DNA from: Cyanophyceae cyanobacterium
GTDB taxonomy: Bacteria > Cyanobacteriota > Cyanobacteriia > Cyanobacteriales > Laspinemataceae
Length of the DNA stretch: 64,000 bases
Assembly: GCA_038321985.1 (NCBI GenBank)
Contig: JBBQFN010000003.1
Location: 160,001 to 224,000 of the forward strand
Direction of reading: 5' to 3'
Shown here: piece after piece, positions 38,774-48,145 of the stretch
Numbering within the stretch: position 1 is the stretch's first letter
Layout of the letters: each line of letters starts with the position of its first letter
Position numbers and translations under genes: made by a program
Notes under the pieces: model-generated
The model's database searches: none
The model's input: only the letters and a program-made list of their open reading frames with translations
Told to the model about the DNA's origin: nothing

Positions 38774-38989
38774 CAGTTTAAAATGTTTTCTGCCCCTGAT
38801 TGTAAGCGATTTCCGGGAAATAAACTGGGCACCTCCCTGTTGTAGCGCCCTGAAACTTCCCCTTTGTACTGAATTCTTGGATAAATAAACCTAAAAAAAC
38901 TGACAACCCAAATTGCCAGTTTTTAGAAGTCTTATTAATTAGAAAATTAAGTCAACCCAACAGGAAAATAGGCTTTCTCACCCGTTAAC

Positions 38990-40210
38990 CTACTGTCTCA
39001 CGCAATTAACCATCCGTACCGTTGCAGCAGCCGCATAATTTCGCAACGTCGGAGAGTTAGGAGCAAACTGAGTCCCCGATTCATTTAACGGAGAAGCAAC
39101 CTGACAATAACTCGACATATTGGAAATCAGGGAATTCGCCCAGTGATTTTGAGTATCCGAGAAATTGGTGGGAGTTCGGGTGGCGGTGAGGTTAGTGCCT
39201 CGACCCCGGAGGGTGTTGCCATATTCAGCGGCGCGACGTAGCACTGCCATCATTTCAGCACGAGTCACCGTTTGCGCGGGACGAAAACTTTGATCTTGAT
39301 AGCCACTGATTAGATTATTATCTCTAGCCCATTGAATTTTAGGGGCGCTCCATCGTGACGCCTCCACATCAAAATAGGGTCGAGACGAAATGTTGGCGGG
39401 AATATTAATATTAGCCCCCGGAACGTTTTTGAGCGATTCAATCACCATTGAGACCAGTTGCTCCCGGGTCAGGGCCACTTGGGGACGGAACGTATTGTCT
39501 TCTCGGAAACCCGAGACGAAATTGAGGGCCACTGCTTGCTCGATTTCCTGGGCGTAGATATCCGATCGCGTATCTGCAAAGGAGACATTGGTAGGAGGGG
39601 GATTGGTCACCACCGGTGGGGGCGTAGGAGTTGTGGATCCGCCCAGGGGTTTAGCCAGGGCCGTCAAAGATTGGTTATTGGCGACATACACGTGTCCCAA
39701 GACTTGACCGTTATAGGAACGTTTGGCGAACTCCCATCCGGGATTAAGAGCTATTTTCGCAAATCCCGTTGTCATGCCATTAGCGCGTCCGATTTCCATT
39801 TCCCGACGTTCGCGATCGTTGACCCCAACCAGAACCAAGTCTCCATTCCGTCGAACGATCCGGAGGCTGTACTGGAGGCCGACATCTTCACCCCCAACGC
39901 GGATAGAATAGCCATTACTATCGGTACTACGACCGCAAATTCCGCTAAAGTCAAAATTGAACAAGAGGGGATCGACTTGAACCGGGTTGCTGCCACTTTC
40001 AGTCCAGCAGGGACGAGCGTTAGAGATTTGTTCCACCAGCAGGAGTGCATGAGCGCTGCCACTGGCATAAGGTTGGGCGATCGCAATGAAGCGACCTTGA
40101 TCCACACCCTGCTGTCCGAACAAAGCGGCGATCGCTTGAGTACCAAGGGTTAAAGCTGAGAGAGTTGCCGTCGCAACCGCAGCAGTTTTGAGTAAAAGTG
40201 AAGTTTTCAT
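38990..40210 (-). CDS. DUF3747 + SLH domain exported protein; start at 40210
   Basis: Signal peptide MKTSLLL; DPLL.NFDFSGICGRSTDSNGYSIR; SLH motifs FRPQVALTRE and FRPAQTVTRAE. Confidence 0.88.
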   Translation of the reverse strand: MKTSLLLKTAAVATATLSALTLGTQAIAALFGQQGVDQGRFIAIAQPYASGSAHALLLVEQISNARPCWTESGSNPVQVDPLLFNFDFSGICGRSTDSNGYSIRVGGEDVGLQYSLRIVRRNGDLVLVGVNDRERREMEIGRANGMTTGFAKIALNPGWEFAKRSYNGQVLGHVYVANNQSLTALAKPLGGSTTPTPPPVVTNPPPTNVSFADTRSDIYAQEIEQAVALNFVSGFREDNTFRPQVALTREQLVSMVIESLKNVPGANINIPANISSRPYFDVEASRWSAPKIQWARDNNLISGYQDQSFRPAQTVTRAEMMAVLRRAAEYGNTLRGRGTNLTATRTPTNFSDTQNHWANSLISNMSSYCQVASPLNESGTQFAPNSPTLRNYAAAATVRMVNCVRQ

Positions 40211-41125
40211 AATGCGCTTGTTTAACCTGGAGTGAGTGGTAAATGCCTCTGGGCATAGTTCTATTGTGGAGGAAGCAGGCGGGATTAAAAAAGAAAGGGT
40301 GTTGTGGTTTGTCAACTGTCCCCTGGGCGATCGCCACCCTTGCTCTGAATCTAACTTCGAGGTAGAATTTACCCCAGCGAGCTACCGATTCCCTTGCGGA
40401 ACTAAACCCAGCCCTCAACACAAGAAAGAGAGCGTCTCTACCCCCGGTCAGCCGAGGAACTCCCCTATCCTGCCTTGTTACAGTAACCGAAGTGTCCCCT
40501 AGGCCAATTGGTTCCCTCTCCTGACCAAAATTCTCCCGGGGAGGATAGAATAATTCCCCTAGCCCCGGCTAATCAATCGGCGAGCCTTACTGATTCCACC
40601 AGCCTCTACACCCGCCCCTTAGCCCTCTAGGCAGTGGAACCCGTTTCTCAATGCAGCCTACGATACGGTCGAATGGGATACTTCCTGTTATGCTGGAAGA
40701 GATAGAAACTCGCTTCCACGAGTTTTATATCACCCAGAGAACCGGCCAAGCCCCAAGTTCTATCTAAAGTTAGATTAAGATTCACCAAAAATTGAATGAG
40801 ACTGGGTAAAATGACAAGTACGAGATAATATCCACTAATTAGCCGACATTTAGCTAAGGAACGGGTGTTAGCCCGTTGACGGATCCCGTATTGTCCCTCA
40901 TGGGATATAACTTTTCTTCGGGGAAAGCAAGAACGGACTTCAGGTTTTGGCAACGAGATCCAGGGACATCAAGCAGTTTAGCCCCCAACGGGTTGACTTG
41001 TACCTACACCGGCAAAACCATGCCATCTGCCCCTGACTTGAACCCGACTGCTTATCTCCTCAATTGACCTAAACTTTTACGAAATTTACTCTGTGAACGA
41101 CTTGCTTGCATCATCTTCTTCCAGA

Positions 41126-41659
41126 ATGCCTCTGACCGAAAAGAGAAGAAATCGAGATCTCCCTCAAATTAATGAAAGAATTCGATTTCCGAAAATTCGA
41201 GCCATTGACACAGATGGCAGTCAACTTGGGATTCTAACGCCTCAAGAGGCGCTGCGGATCGCCGAGGAAAAAGACCTAGATTTGGTGTTGGTCAGTGACA
41301 AAGCCGACCCCCCGGTTTGCCGAATCATGGACTACGGCAAATATAAGTTTGAGCAAGAGAAAAAAGCGCGGGAAGCTAAGAAAAAGCAGCATACCGCTGA
41401 AGTTAAAGAAGTGAAGATGCGCTACAAGATTGAAGAACACGATTATAACGTGCGTCTCAATCAAGCCCAGCGCTTTCTGAAAGTGGGAGATAAAGTAAAA
41501 GCGACGATTACGTTCCGAGGTCGTGAAATTCAACATACGGACCTAGCTGAGGAATTACTCAAGCGGATGGCAACCGACCTCGCAGAAGTCGCCGAAGTTC
41601 AGCAAGCCCCTAAAAAAGAAGGGCGTAGTATGATGATGTTGCTCTCTCCCAAAAAGTAG
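41126..41659 (+). CDS. infC: Translation initiation factor IF-3; exact start uncertain
   Basis: [50 protein letters not shown]. Confidence 0.97.
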   Translation: MPLTEKRRNRDLPQINERIRFPKIRAIDTDGSQLGILTPQEALRIAEEKDLDLVLVSDKADPPVCRIMDYGKYKFEQEKKAREAKKKQHTAEVKEVKMRYKIEEHDYNVRLNQAQRFLKVGDKVKATITFRGREIQHTDLAEELLKRMATDLAEVAEVQQAPKKEGRSMMMLLSPKK

Positions 41660-41678
41660 GGAAAAACATTATAAAAAT

Positions 41679-41722
41679 CGTGAGGGCGCGGGTACTGGGG
41701 AAAAGTGCGTAGCGCCCTCACG
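41679..41722 (+). terminator. Hairpin downstream of infC
   Basis: 11-bp stem CGTGAGGGCGC / GCGCCCTCACG followed by GTTT. Confidence 0.55.
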
Positions 41723-42508
41723 GTTTGCCTGGAGAGATATGAGAGGCGGGGAGAGCATTTCTCGTCGTTGAGGTAGGCGATAACAGCAGACTTGAGAGAG
41801 AATTGAGTCCAAGCGATCGCCCGCGGGGACTGAGGAAAGCGCTAATCAGCCAAAACACTTAAAGATTTCCCCCCCAAATCCTGCCGAGAAAAATAAGCGG
41901 GGGAAATCCAGCGATCGCGGGTTAAGACCCCCCAAAAGCGGTAAGATTACCATCAGCCCCTCCTGATAAGGGTAGAACTCCCCCATCAAGCACTCTTAAA
42001 CCCTGGAAAGGGAATTTGTCTGCTGTTCCCCTTGGGGGTTGAACTTAGGCTGAGGAGAACTACCGGAACGTCAGTTGCGCCGATCTTATTGATCGGTGCC
42101 AGACTTGTTTGCCACCCTCAAACCCGCCTAATCCCCTTCTTAACCCTTACTCCAGTAAGGTCATCCTCCTGCCGATGGAGAGAGCCATAGTAATTGAAAA
42201 AGATTAGAGATTATGGTAATCAAAAGGAAGAAAGACTTAAATGAGGGATTGTCCCCAGCGCTTGGGTGCACGAGATAACGGCACAGGAGCTAGGCCAGAG
42301 CGAATTAACCCGTTGAAGCCAACGTAAGCCCCTAGAGTCAGAAATATAACGAGAATATGTTGGTAAGGCGGGCTTAGGATAACGAGGGATCAACCGGGCT
42401 TTTAAAGGCCAACCCCTTAGGGTATGCCATGGGTGAAATATCACAAAAATAGGAGATGAACAGAACCGGGATTCAGGGAAACTCTACAACACGGGAAATC
42501 AACGCTGC

Positions 42509-45500
42509 ATGGAACTAAAAGAACAGCGGTTTGCCGCTAAGGGTAGGTTAGCAACCGCATTGCTACAGTGGTTAAATCTCCGTCCCGAGGAAGGAGAGCG
42601 CACCTGGTTGATGTTTGCATTCTATACCGTCACTTCAATCGGGATGTTGTGGTTAGAGGCAAGTACAGTCGGTCTGTTCTTGAATGAATATGGGGCGGAA
42701 TCCTTGCCCTGGATTTATGTCGCCGGGGCCGGACTAGGCTCATTTCTAGGAGTGATGTACTCCTGGATGCAACGGTTCCTGCCTCTACGACAAGTGATCG
42801 TTTCAGTGGCGATCCTGATGGCGATCCCCTTGCTATTTTTTCGGGTCGCCTTAAATATTGCGATCGCCGCTGCCGTTACGATTTTCCTGATGCGTCTATG
42901 GTTGGAAGCCATCTTTGCCCTCAACGACCTTAACACCTCCATTACCGCCAACCAACTCTTTAACATCCGCGAGATTAAACGCACCTATCCTCTCATCAGT
43001 AGCGGCATTTTACTCGCCGATGTGATTAGTGGTTTTTCCCTACCCGTATTGCTTAGAGTAGTGGGACTGAATAATGTTCTGGTGACCTCCTGCGTCATGA
43101 TGCTACTGGGGGCATTCCTGCTATCTTACCTGAGTCGAACTTACAAACAAGCCTTTCCCGACTCTCCGCGCATGACGGTCCTAGAGAACGAGCCGGATTT
43201 CACCAATCGTAGACTAGGCGGGCCCCTGAAAGGGTACGTCATTCCCCTATTTGGATTTTTTATCCTCGCCGAAGCCTTACATCTCGTCGTTGACTTCCTA
43301 TTTTTAAGTGAATTGGAACAGCAAAACCCTGCCGGACAAGATTTGGCGATCGGGATTGCCAGTTTCCTCGGCGTCTTTAACGGCATCTTGGGGCTATTTG
43401 AACTGGTGATGCAGTGGTTTGCCTCCAGTCGGATTGTGGAACGATTTGGGGTCTTTGCTGCCGCAACCCTCTTACCGGCTGCGGTCGTTTTACTCAGCGT
43501 CTTTTCCCTGACCCCGATCCTGCCGTTCTTTTGGGGGCTAGTATCTCTAAAATTTATCGAAGAACTGCTCAAATATACCCTGATTGAAGGAACAGGCCCC
43601 GTCTTTTTTCAACCCCTCCCCGATAGCATTCGCAGTAACATCCAATCCATGGTAAATGGGATTGCTGAACCCCTGGCTGTGGGAGTGACCGGAGTGGCAA
43701 TTTTAAGCGCCATCTGGTTGTGTCGGTTGATTTTTCCGGCGGCTACCCCCCAAGAAATTCTAAGGTATCAAGGCACCATTTTCTTAGTATCCGTGGTGCT
43801 GATGGGGTTAGGCTGGTTTTTTATCGTATGGGTCCTGCGATCGCGCTATCTAGGCTTATTGGTCTCCAGTGCCGAACGCGGACGCCTCGGGGTTTCCGAT
43901 GTCGATATGCGGGCTTTAAAACGCACCGTCGTTGAAACCCTCGAACACAAGGGCAGCGAAGAGGATAAACGCTCCTGTATCGAACTGCTCACCCAAATCG
44001 ACCCGGAGCACGTGGGTGAAGCCCTCGGCCCTCTGCTCGTCAAGCTCTCCCCCAGTTTGCAACGTCAAAGTCTGGAGGTGATGCTCAACCATCCCAATCC
44101 CGCTTACACTTCAGATTTGCGAACCCTGCTGAACCAATCCGTGACCCCAGAAGTCTTGGCTTTGGCGTTGCGCTATATTTGGCTGACCGAACCGGAACTG
44201 GATATCGAGCAATTGCGGTCCTATCTGCGCCCGGAAGTAGACCCGGTGGTGCGAGGGACCGCTGCCTCCTCAATCCTACGTCGAGGAAACCGCGAACAAA
44301 AAGCCGAAGCAACGAACGCCCTGCGTCATATGCTGACCCACAAACAGGAACGAGAACGGGTAATGGGCTGTCGCGCCCTTGGGGAAGCGGATTATTTGCA
44401 AGGATTGCGACTGTTTATCCCTAATCTGCTCCAGGATGAATCCTTGCGAGTTCGGTGCGCTTTGTTGGAGGTGATCGCATCGACTCATTTAGAAGAATAT
44501 TATCCCTCTGTGCTGCGTGGACTTTACTATAAGTCCACCCGTGAGTCGGCAATGCGGGCGTTAGTTCGCTTAGAGAATGAAATTCTCGATCGCCTGGTGG
44601 CCCTAGCCGAAGATATCCATAAGCCGGATTTAGTCCGGATGCACGCTTGGACGGCGATCGGTCAGATAGGCACCCTGGAAGCCCTGAATGTATTAGTCAA
44701 TCATCTCCTCACCAGTTGGGGAACGACCCGACGCAACATCCTCCGCGTTCTCTTGAAAATCCCCAAGGAAGGCGGAATTGAGGGGGTTTTGGATCGGATT
44801 GGTCGCAGTGGGGTGGAAATATTAATCGACCAAGAACTGATGTTGATGGGTCAAATTTATCAGGCCCTGATCGGACTCAATCCCGAAGAAACCCTGGAAT
44901 CCGAAGCGAATCTTCTGCGCCGCGCTTTGCGAGATGTGATTTCAGATTCGGTGGATCGCTTGTTTTTGTTGATGAAGTTTCTCTATCCCTTGGGTTCGAT
45001 TCAAGCGGCGGCTTTTAATTTGAAGTCGGGAGTTCGCACGAATATGGCGCGCGGGTTGGAAATTTTGGATAATACCCTGGATATTCCCAGCAAGCGTATT
45101 TTGTTGAGTATTCTCGATCGCCGTGCCGATGAAGAAAAACTCCAAAGTCTCTCGGAACTGATTGCGATCGAATCCCTATCCCCCAGCGATTGTCTGCGTC
45201 GGTTGGTAGACTTGCGCCACTTTATCTCCGAGTGGCCCTTGGCTTGTTGTTTTCACCTGGCGCGGGCTTCCCGCTGGAGTCTGACGGGGGAACAAACCCT
45301 CGCCTGTTTGAACCATCCCAAAAGTTTTGTGCGCGAAGCGGTGTTAGCCTACCTGAAAGTGGCCTCTCCTCGCGCCCTCGCCGAACTATTGCCTCGGATG
45401 AAAAACGATCGCGATCGCCTAGTTGCCTCTCAAGTCAAGGAAATGATGGCAGAATTGGGCATTGCGGATTCACCGCAACAAGCCTCATCCACTACCCGAG

Positions 45501-45553
45501 GCCCCCAGGGTTTTCCTAATTATCCAGGCATTCCCGGGTTGGAAGCGACCTAA
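42509..45553 (+). CDS. Npt1/Npt2 (TLC/NTT-like) MFS transporter fused to HEAT repeats
   Basis: LRPEEGER, about 12 TM helices, ANQLFNIREIKRTYPLI; C-terminal HEAT units (D..VRG.AA, DESLRVRCALL). Confidence 0.85.
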   Translation: MELKEQRFAAKGRLATALLQWLNLRPEEGERTWLMFAFYTVTSIGMLWLEASTVGLFLNEYGAESLPWIYVAGAGLGSFLGVMYSWMQRFLPLRQVIVSVAILMAIPLLFFRVALNIAIAAAVTIFLMRLWLEAIFALNDLNTSITANQLFNIREIKRTYPLISSGILLADVISGFSLPVLLRVVGLNNVLVTSCVMMLLGAFLLSYLSRTYKQAFPDSPRMTVLENEPDFTNRRLGGPLKGYVIPLFGFFILAEALHLVVDFLFLSELEQQNPAGQDLAIGIASFLGVFNGILGLFELVMQWFASSRIVERFGVFAAATLLPAAVVLLSVFSLTPILPFFWGLVSLKFIEELLKYTLIEGTGPVFFQPLPDSIRSNIQSMVNGIAEPLAVGVTGVAILSAIWLCRLIFPAATPQEILRYQGTIFLVSVVLMGLGWFFIVWVLRSRYLGLLVSSAERGRLGVSDVDMRALKRTVVETLEHKGSEEDKRSCIELLTQIDPEHVGEALGPLLVKLSPSLQRQSLEVMLNHPNPAYTSDLRTLLNQSVTPEVLALALRYIWLTEPELDIEQLRSYLRPEVDPVVRGTAASSILRRGNREQKAEATNALRHMLTHKQERERVMGCRALGEADYLQGLRLFIPNLLQDESLRVRCALLEVIASTHLEEYYPSVLRGLYYKSTRESAMRALVRLENEILDRLVALAEDIHKPDLVRMHAWTAIGQIGTLEALNVLVNHLLTSWGTTRRNILRVLLKIPKEGGIEGVLDRIGRSGVEILIDQELMLMGQIYQALIGLNPEETLESEANLLRRALRDVISDSVDRLFLLMKFLYPLGSIQAAAFNLKSGVRTNMARGLEILDNTLDIPSKRILLSILDRRADEEKLQSLSELIAIESLSPSDCLRRLVDLRHFISEWPLACCFHLARASRWSLTGEQTLACLNHPKSFVREAVLAYLKVASPRALAELLPRMKNDRDRLVASQVKEMMAELGIADSPQQASSTTRGPQGFPNYPGIPGLEAT

Positions 45554-45656
45554 AGTACGGTAAAAGTAAAAAGATAAACGGAAAATATTTGTTTTGCCTT
45601 TTTACTGGCTCCTAATTACTTTTTAGGCTTTATTTTTTACGGTTTACTGCCTTAAG

Positions 45657-46160
45657 ATGCTCACCAGTGTTGACCGATTATTATTTGTCAGGGCCGTTCC
45701 GATTTTTAAGGAACTTCGGGATGACTTTCTCGTGCGTCTGGCTTCCGTGATGGATGAGCTATCTTTCCCGGCAAAGCATACCATCTTCACGGAGGGTCAG
45801 GAGGGGCGATCGCTCTATATCGTCGTTTCTGGGAAGGTTCGCGTTCACATTGGCAATCGAGACCTCGCTAAATTAGAACAGGGAACTTGTTTTGGAGAAA
45901 TGTCTTTGTTCGATGCGGAACCTCGTTCGGCTTCTGTCAGCACCCTGGAACCGTGCGAGTGTCTGGTGTTGACCCAGCAGCAACTCTACGATGCCATTGA
46001 TGAAACGCCCGGAATTGCCATTAATATCATCCGTCTACTCTCTCGTCGGATTCGTGAACTAAATCGTGTCAATGCTCAAACGGCGGCACAAGCACAGCAG
46101 TCTGGAAGCGACTTACGCAGTGCCGGGACTAATGTCGGGGATAACAGGGTCCCGGGGTGA
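45657..46160 (+). CDS. Stand-alone cyclic-nucleotide-binding protein without HTH
   Basis: IFTEGQEG..LYIVVSGKV, FGEMSLFDAEPRSASV. Confidence 0.9.
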   Translation: MLTSVDRLLFVRAVPIFKELRDDFLVRLASVMDELSFPAKHTIFTEGQEGRSLYIVVSGKVRVHIGNRDLAKLEQGTCFGEMSLFDAEPRSASVSTLEPCECLVLTQQQLYDAIDETPGIAINIIRLLSRRIRELNRVNAQTAAQAQQSGSDLRSAGTNVGDNRVPG

Positions 46161-46304
46161 GGGCAACTGTTGCCCATAGACTCTCCTCCCAACCTGAAGA
46201 ATGGGCAATTTGCCGCCTGTTGGTTAATGTAAATCTATAAAAATGCCATTCCTTCTCGCGTTTAGGGTGGGTGGTTCTATTGTGGCTGATCTGCCACTAC
46301 CGTT

Positions 46305-47096
46305 ATGCAAGGGAAAACTCCATTTATCATTGCTTTGGCTGGGGGGGCGATCGCCGCAGCCGTTGGAGGTGCTTATTTGGCGTCCCAATCTCCCCCTTCA
46401 CCCTCTCCGGTGACTCAAGCGCCAACCCCTACTTTACCTAGGACAGCGCCTACACCAAATTCGACTCGTGCGGAATCTCCGCGATCGCAACCGTTGCAAT
46501 CTCCAACTCCCACTCCAACTCCTACTCCTACTCCTACTCCAGCACCTATTATGATTAACCCATCCCAAAAAAACTGCCCCATTACCAGTGCGATCGTTTC
46601 TGACCCTAACCCCCCGGCTAACGTCCGTTCTAGCCCGCAAGTTGCCTCTACTAATATCCTAGGTACTCTTAGTAATGGAACTTTCGTTGTAGTTGTGCAA
46701 CAACAAAACGGCTGGTTTAAAATTAATGACCCGGTAGAAGGTTGGATTTCCCAAAGTATCACAGAAAGTTCTTGTTCCCAAGTCACCGAACGGATTAAGT
46801 TTCCTCCTAATGGCACATCCGCAAGGGTCAAAGGTCGGATTATTGGTGGTGGGAGTCATGAATATCTTCTTAAGGCATCGGCAGGTCAAACCTTGACCCT
46901 CTCGGTTTCTGAAGGAGCTCTGCCTTTTATTTTTATCCCCAATGACCCCAATCGGCAAACGGAACTCACCGGGGGTGGCCACTATACGGGTTTGGATAAC
47001 TGGACGGGTACTCTGCCCAGAACTGGGGACTATCAAATAGTTTTAGACTCGAATTTTCGAGGGTTTAATTATGATTTTCTAGTCGAAGTCAAGTAA
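46305..47096 (+). CDS. Membrane-anchored SH3b + PPC-like domain protein
   Basis: TM, Pro/Thr linker, NVRSSP..GWFKI..EGWIS, ERIKF...YLLKASAGQTL. Confidence 0.75.
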   Translation: MQGKTPFIIALAGGAIAAAVGGAYLASQSPPSPSPVTQAPTPTLPRTAPTPNSTRAESPRSQPLQSPTPTPTPTPTPTPAPIMINPSQKNCPITSAIVSDPNPPANVRSSPQVASTNILGTLSNGTFVVVVQQQNGWFKINDPVEGWISQSITESSCSQVTERIKFPPNGTSARVKGRIIGGGSHEYLLKASAGQTLTLSVSEGALPFIFIPNDPNRQTELTGGGHYTGLDNWTGTLPRTGDYQIVLDSNFRGFNYDFLVEVK

Positions 47097-47108
47097 GCCT
47101 TACACGAA

Positions 47109-47852
47109 CTAATCAATCGCCTCTAAAGAAATATCTAAAAGGGGATACTCTTGCCAGCCTTCTGCATCAAAGTGCCACCATTCCGTAATCAGAGGAATAA
47201 AGCCCTGTTGGGTCATCAATGTTTCAAGTAACTGGCTATTTTCACGGGCTTTGTCGCTGACATCGGTTCCCTCATAATCTCGGGCTGCGCGATCGGTAAA
47301 ATCATCAAATTGCGTCGGCATTTCTAATTCAGTTCCCAGGGCATCAATCAGGGTTAAATCTACAGCCGCACCGCGATTATGTCGAGACCCTCTTTCCGGA
47401 TTAGCAACGTAGCGCGGATCTGGCAAGGCTTCCCACATTTTTCGGGTAACGGAGAGGGGACGGTAACAATCAAATACTTTCAAACCCAGTCCCATGGGTT
47501 GTAATTGCTCTTGAACTTGGGATAACTTTTGGGCAACGCTAGTTCGCAAAAGACATCGAGGGACTGAGTAGAGTTTAACCTTCAAGAAGTTATTAGCAGT
47601 AGCATAGCGAATATCCAGGGCGATCGCTGGATTGATATCTTGTATATCTACTAATTTCTCTCCCTCAAATTGAGGCATATCTGGAGTTATCTCTACTTCA
47701 ACCGATAGACTAGGTGGGCCAAATTCTAAAGAATTCACAGCTTCGGGAATGCGAACGGATTCCGCCTGTTGCCAAAGTCCTATGCTGATTACAAACACAA
47801 AGGCCAAACCAAACAAAACAAAGGGATTGTTTTTCATGATGAAGTCGTACAC
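47109..47852 (-). CDS. ddpX: D-alanyl-D-alanine dipeptidase (M15, VanX/DdpX family)
   Basis: DIRYATANNF, FDCYRP, SRHNRGAAVD, EWWHFD. Confidence 0.9.
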   Translation of the reverse strand: MYDFIMKNNPFVLFGLAFVFVISIGLWQQAESVRIPEAVNSLEFGPPSLSVEVEITPDMPQFEGEKLVDIQDINPAIALDIRYATANNFLKVKLYSVPRCLLRTSVAQKLSQVQEQLQPMGLGLKVFDCYRPLSVTRKMWEALPDPRYVANPERGSRHNRGAAVDLTLIDALGTELEMPTQFDDFTDRAARDYEGTDVSDKARENSQLLETLMTQQGFIPLITEWWHFDAEGWQEYPLLDISLEAID

Positions 47853-48145
47853 CTAGAACGTTAGCAATAATATCTTATAAAAAATTAAATTTATCTTGAA
47901 AATGCTTTAAAATCAAGAAAATAAAAGTTACCTAAATTGTTCATGATATATTTAAAATAGGATGACTAAGCGTAATTAATTAATTTATCTCTAATTTTGG
48001 GATTTTTCCCGGGAATTTTACCTTAAAACAAGAAATCGGACGATGAGAGCGGTAACCCATGAAAATGACACTCGCTTCATAAAATTTAACCAAATCCAGA
48101 TACAGATGGGGAGTCAAAAAGGAATACTGTTGACAGACCGAATAA

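Noticed and set aside
39458..40153. 231-aa plus-strand ORF and many other antisense ORFs in the track
   Set aside because: Shadows of well-supported genes on the opposite strand with no recognisable motifs
40500..40600. CCCTAGCCCCGGCTAA resembling the 3' part of a c-di-AMP (ydaO) riboswitch
   Set aside because: The upstream conserved elements of the aptamer are not visible; partial similarity only
46500..46545. Hexamer-like repeat ACTCC(A/T/C)
   Set aside because: Encodes an ordinary Pro-Thr linker in the SH3 protein
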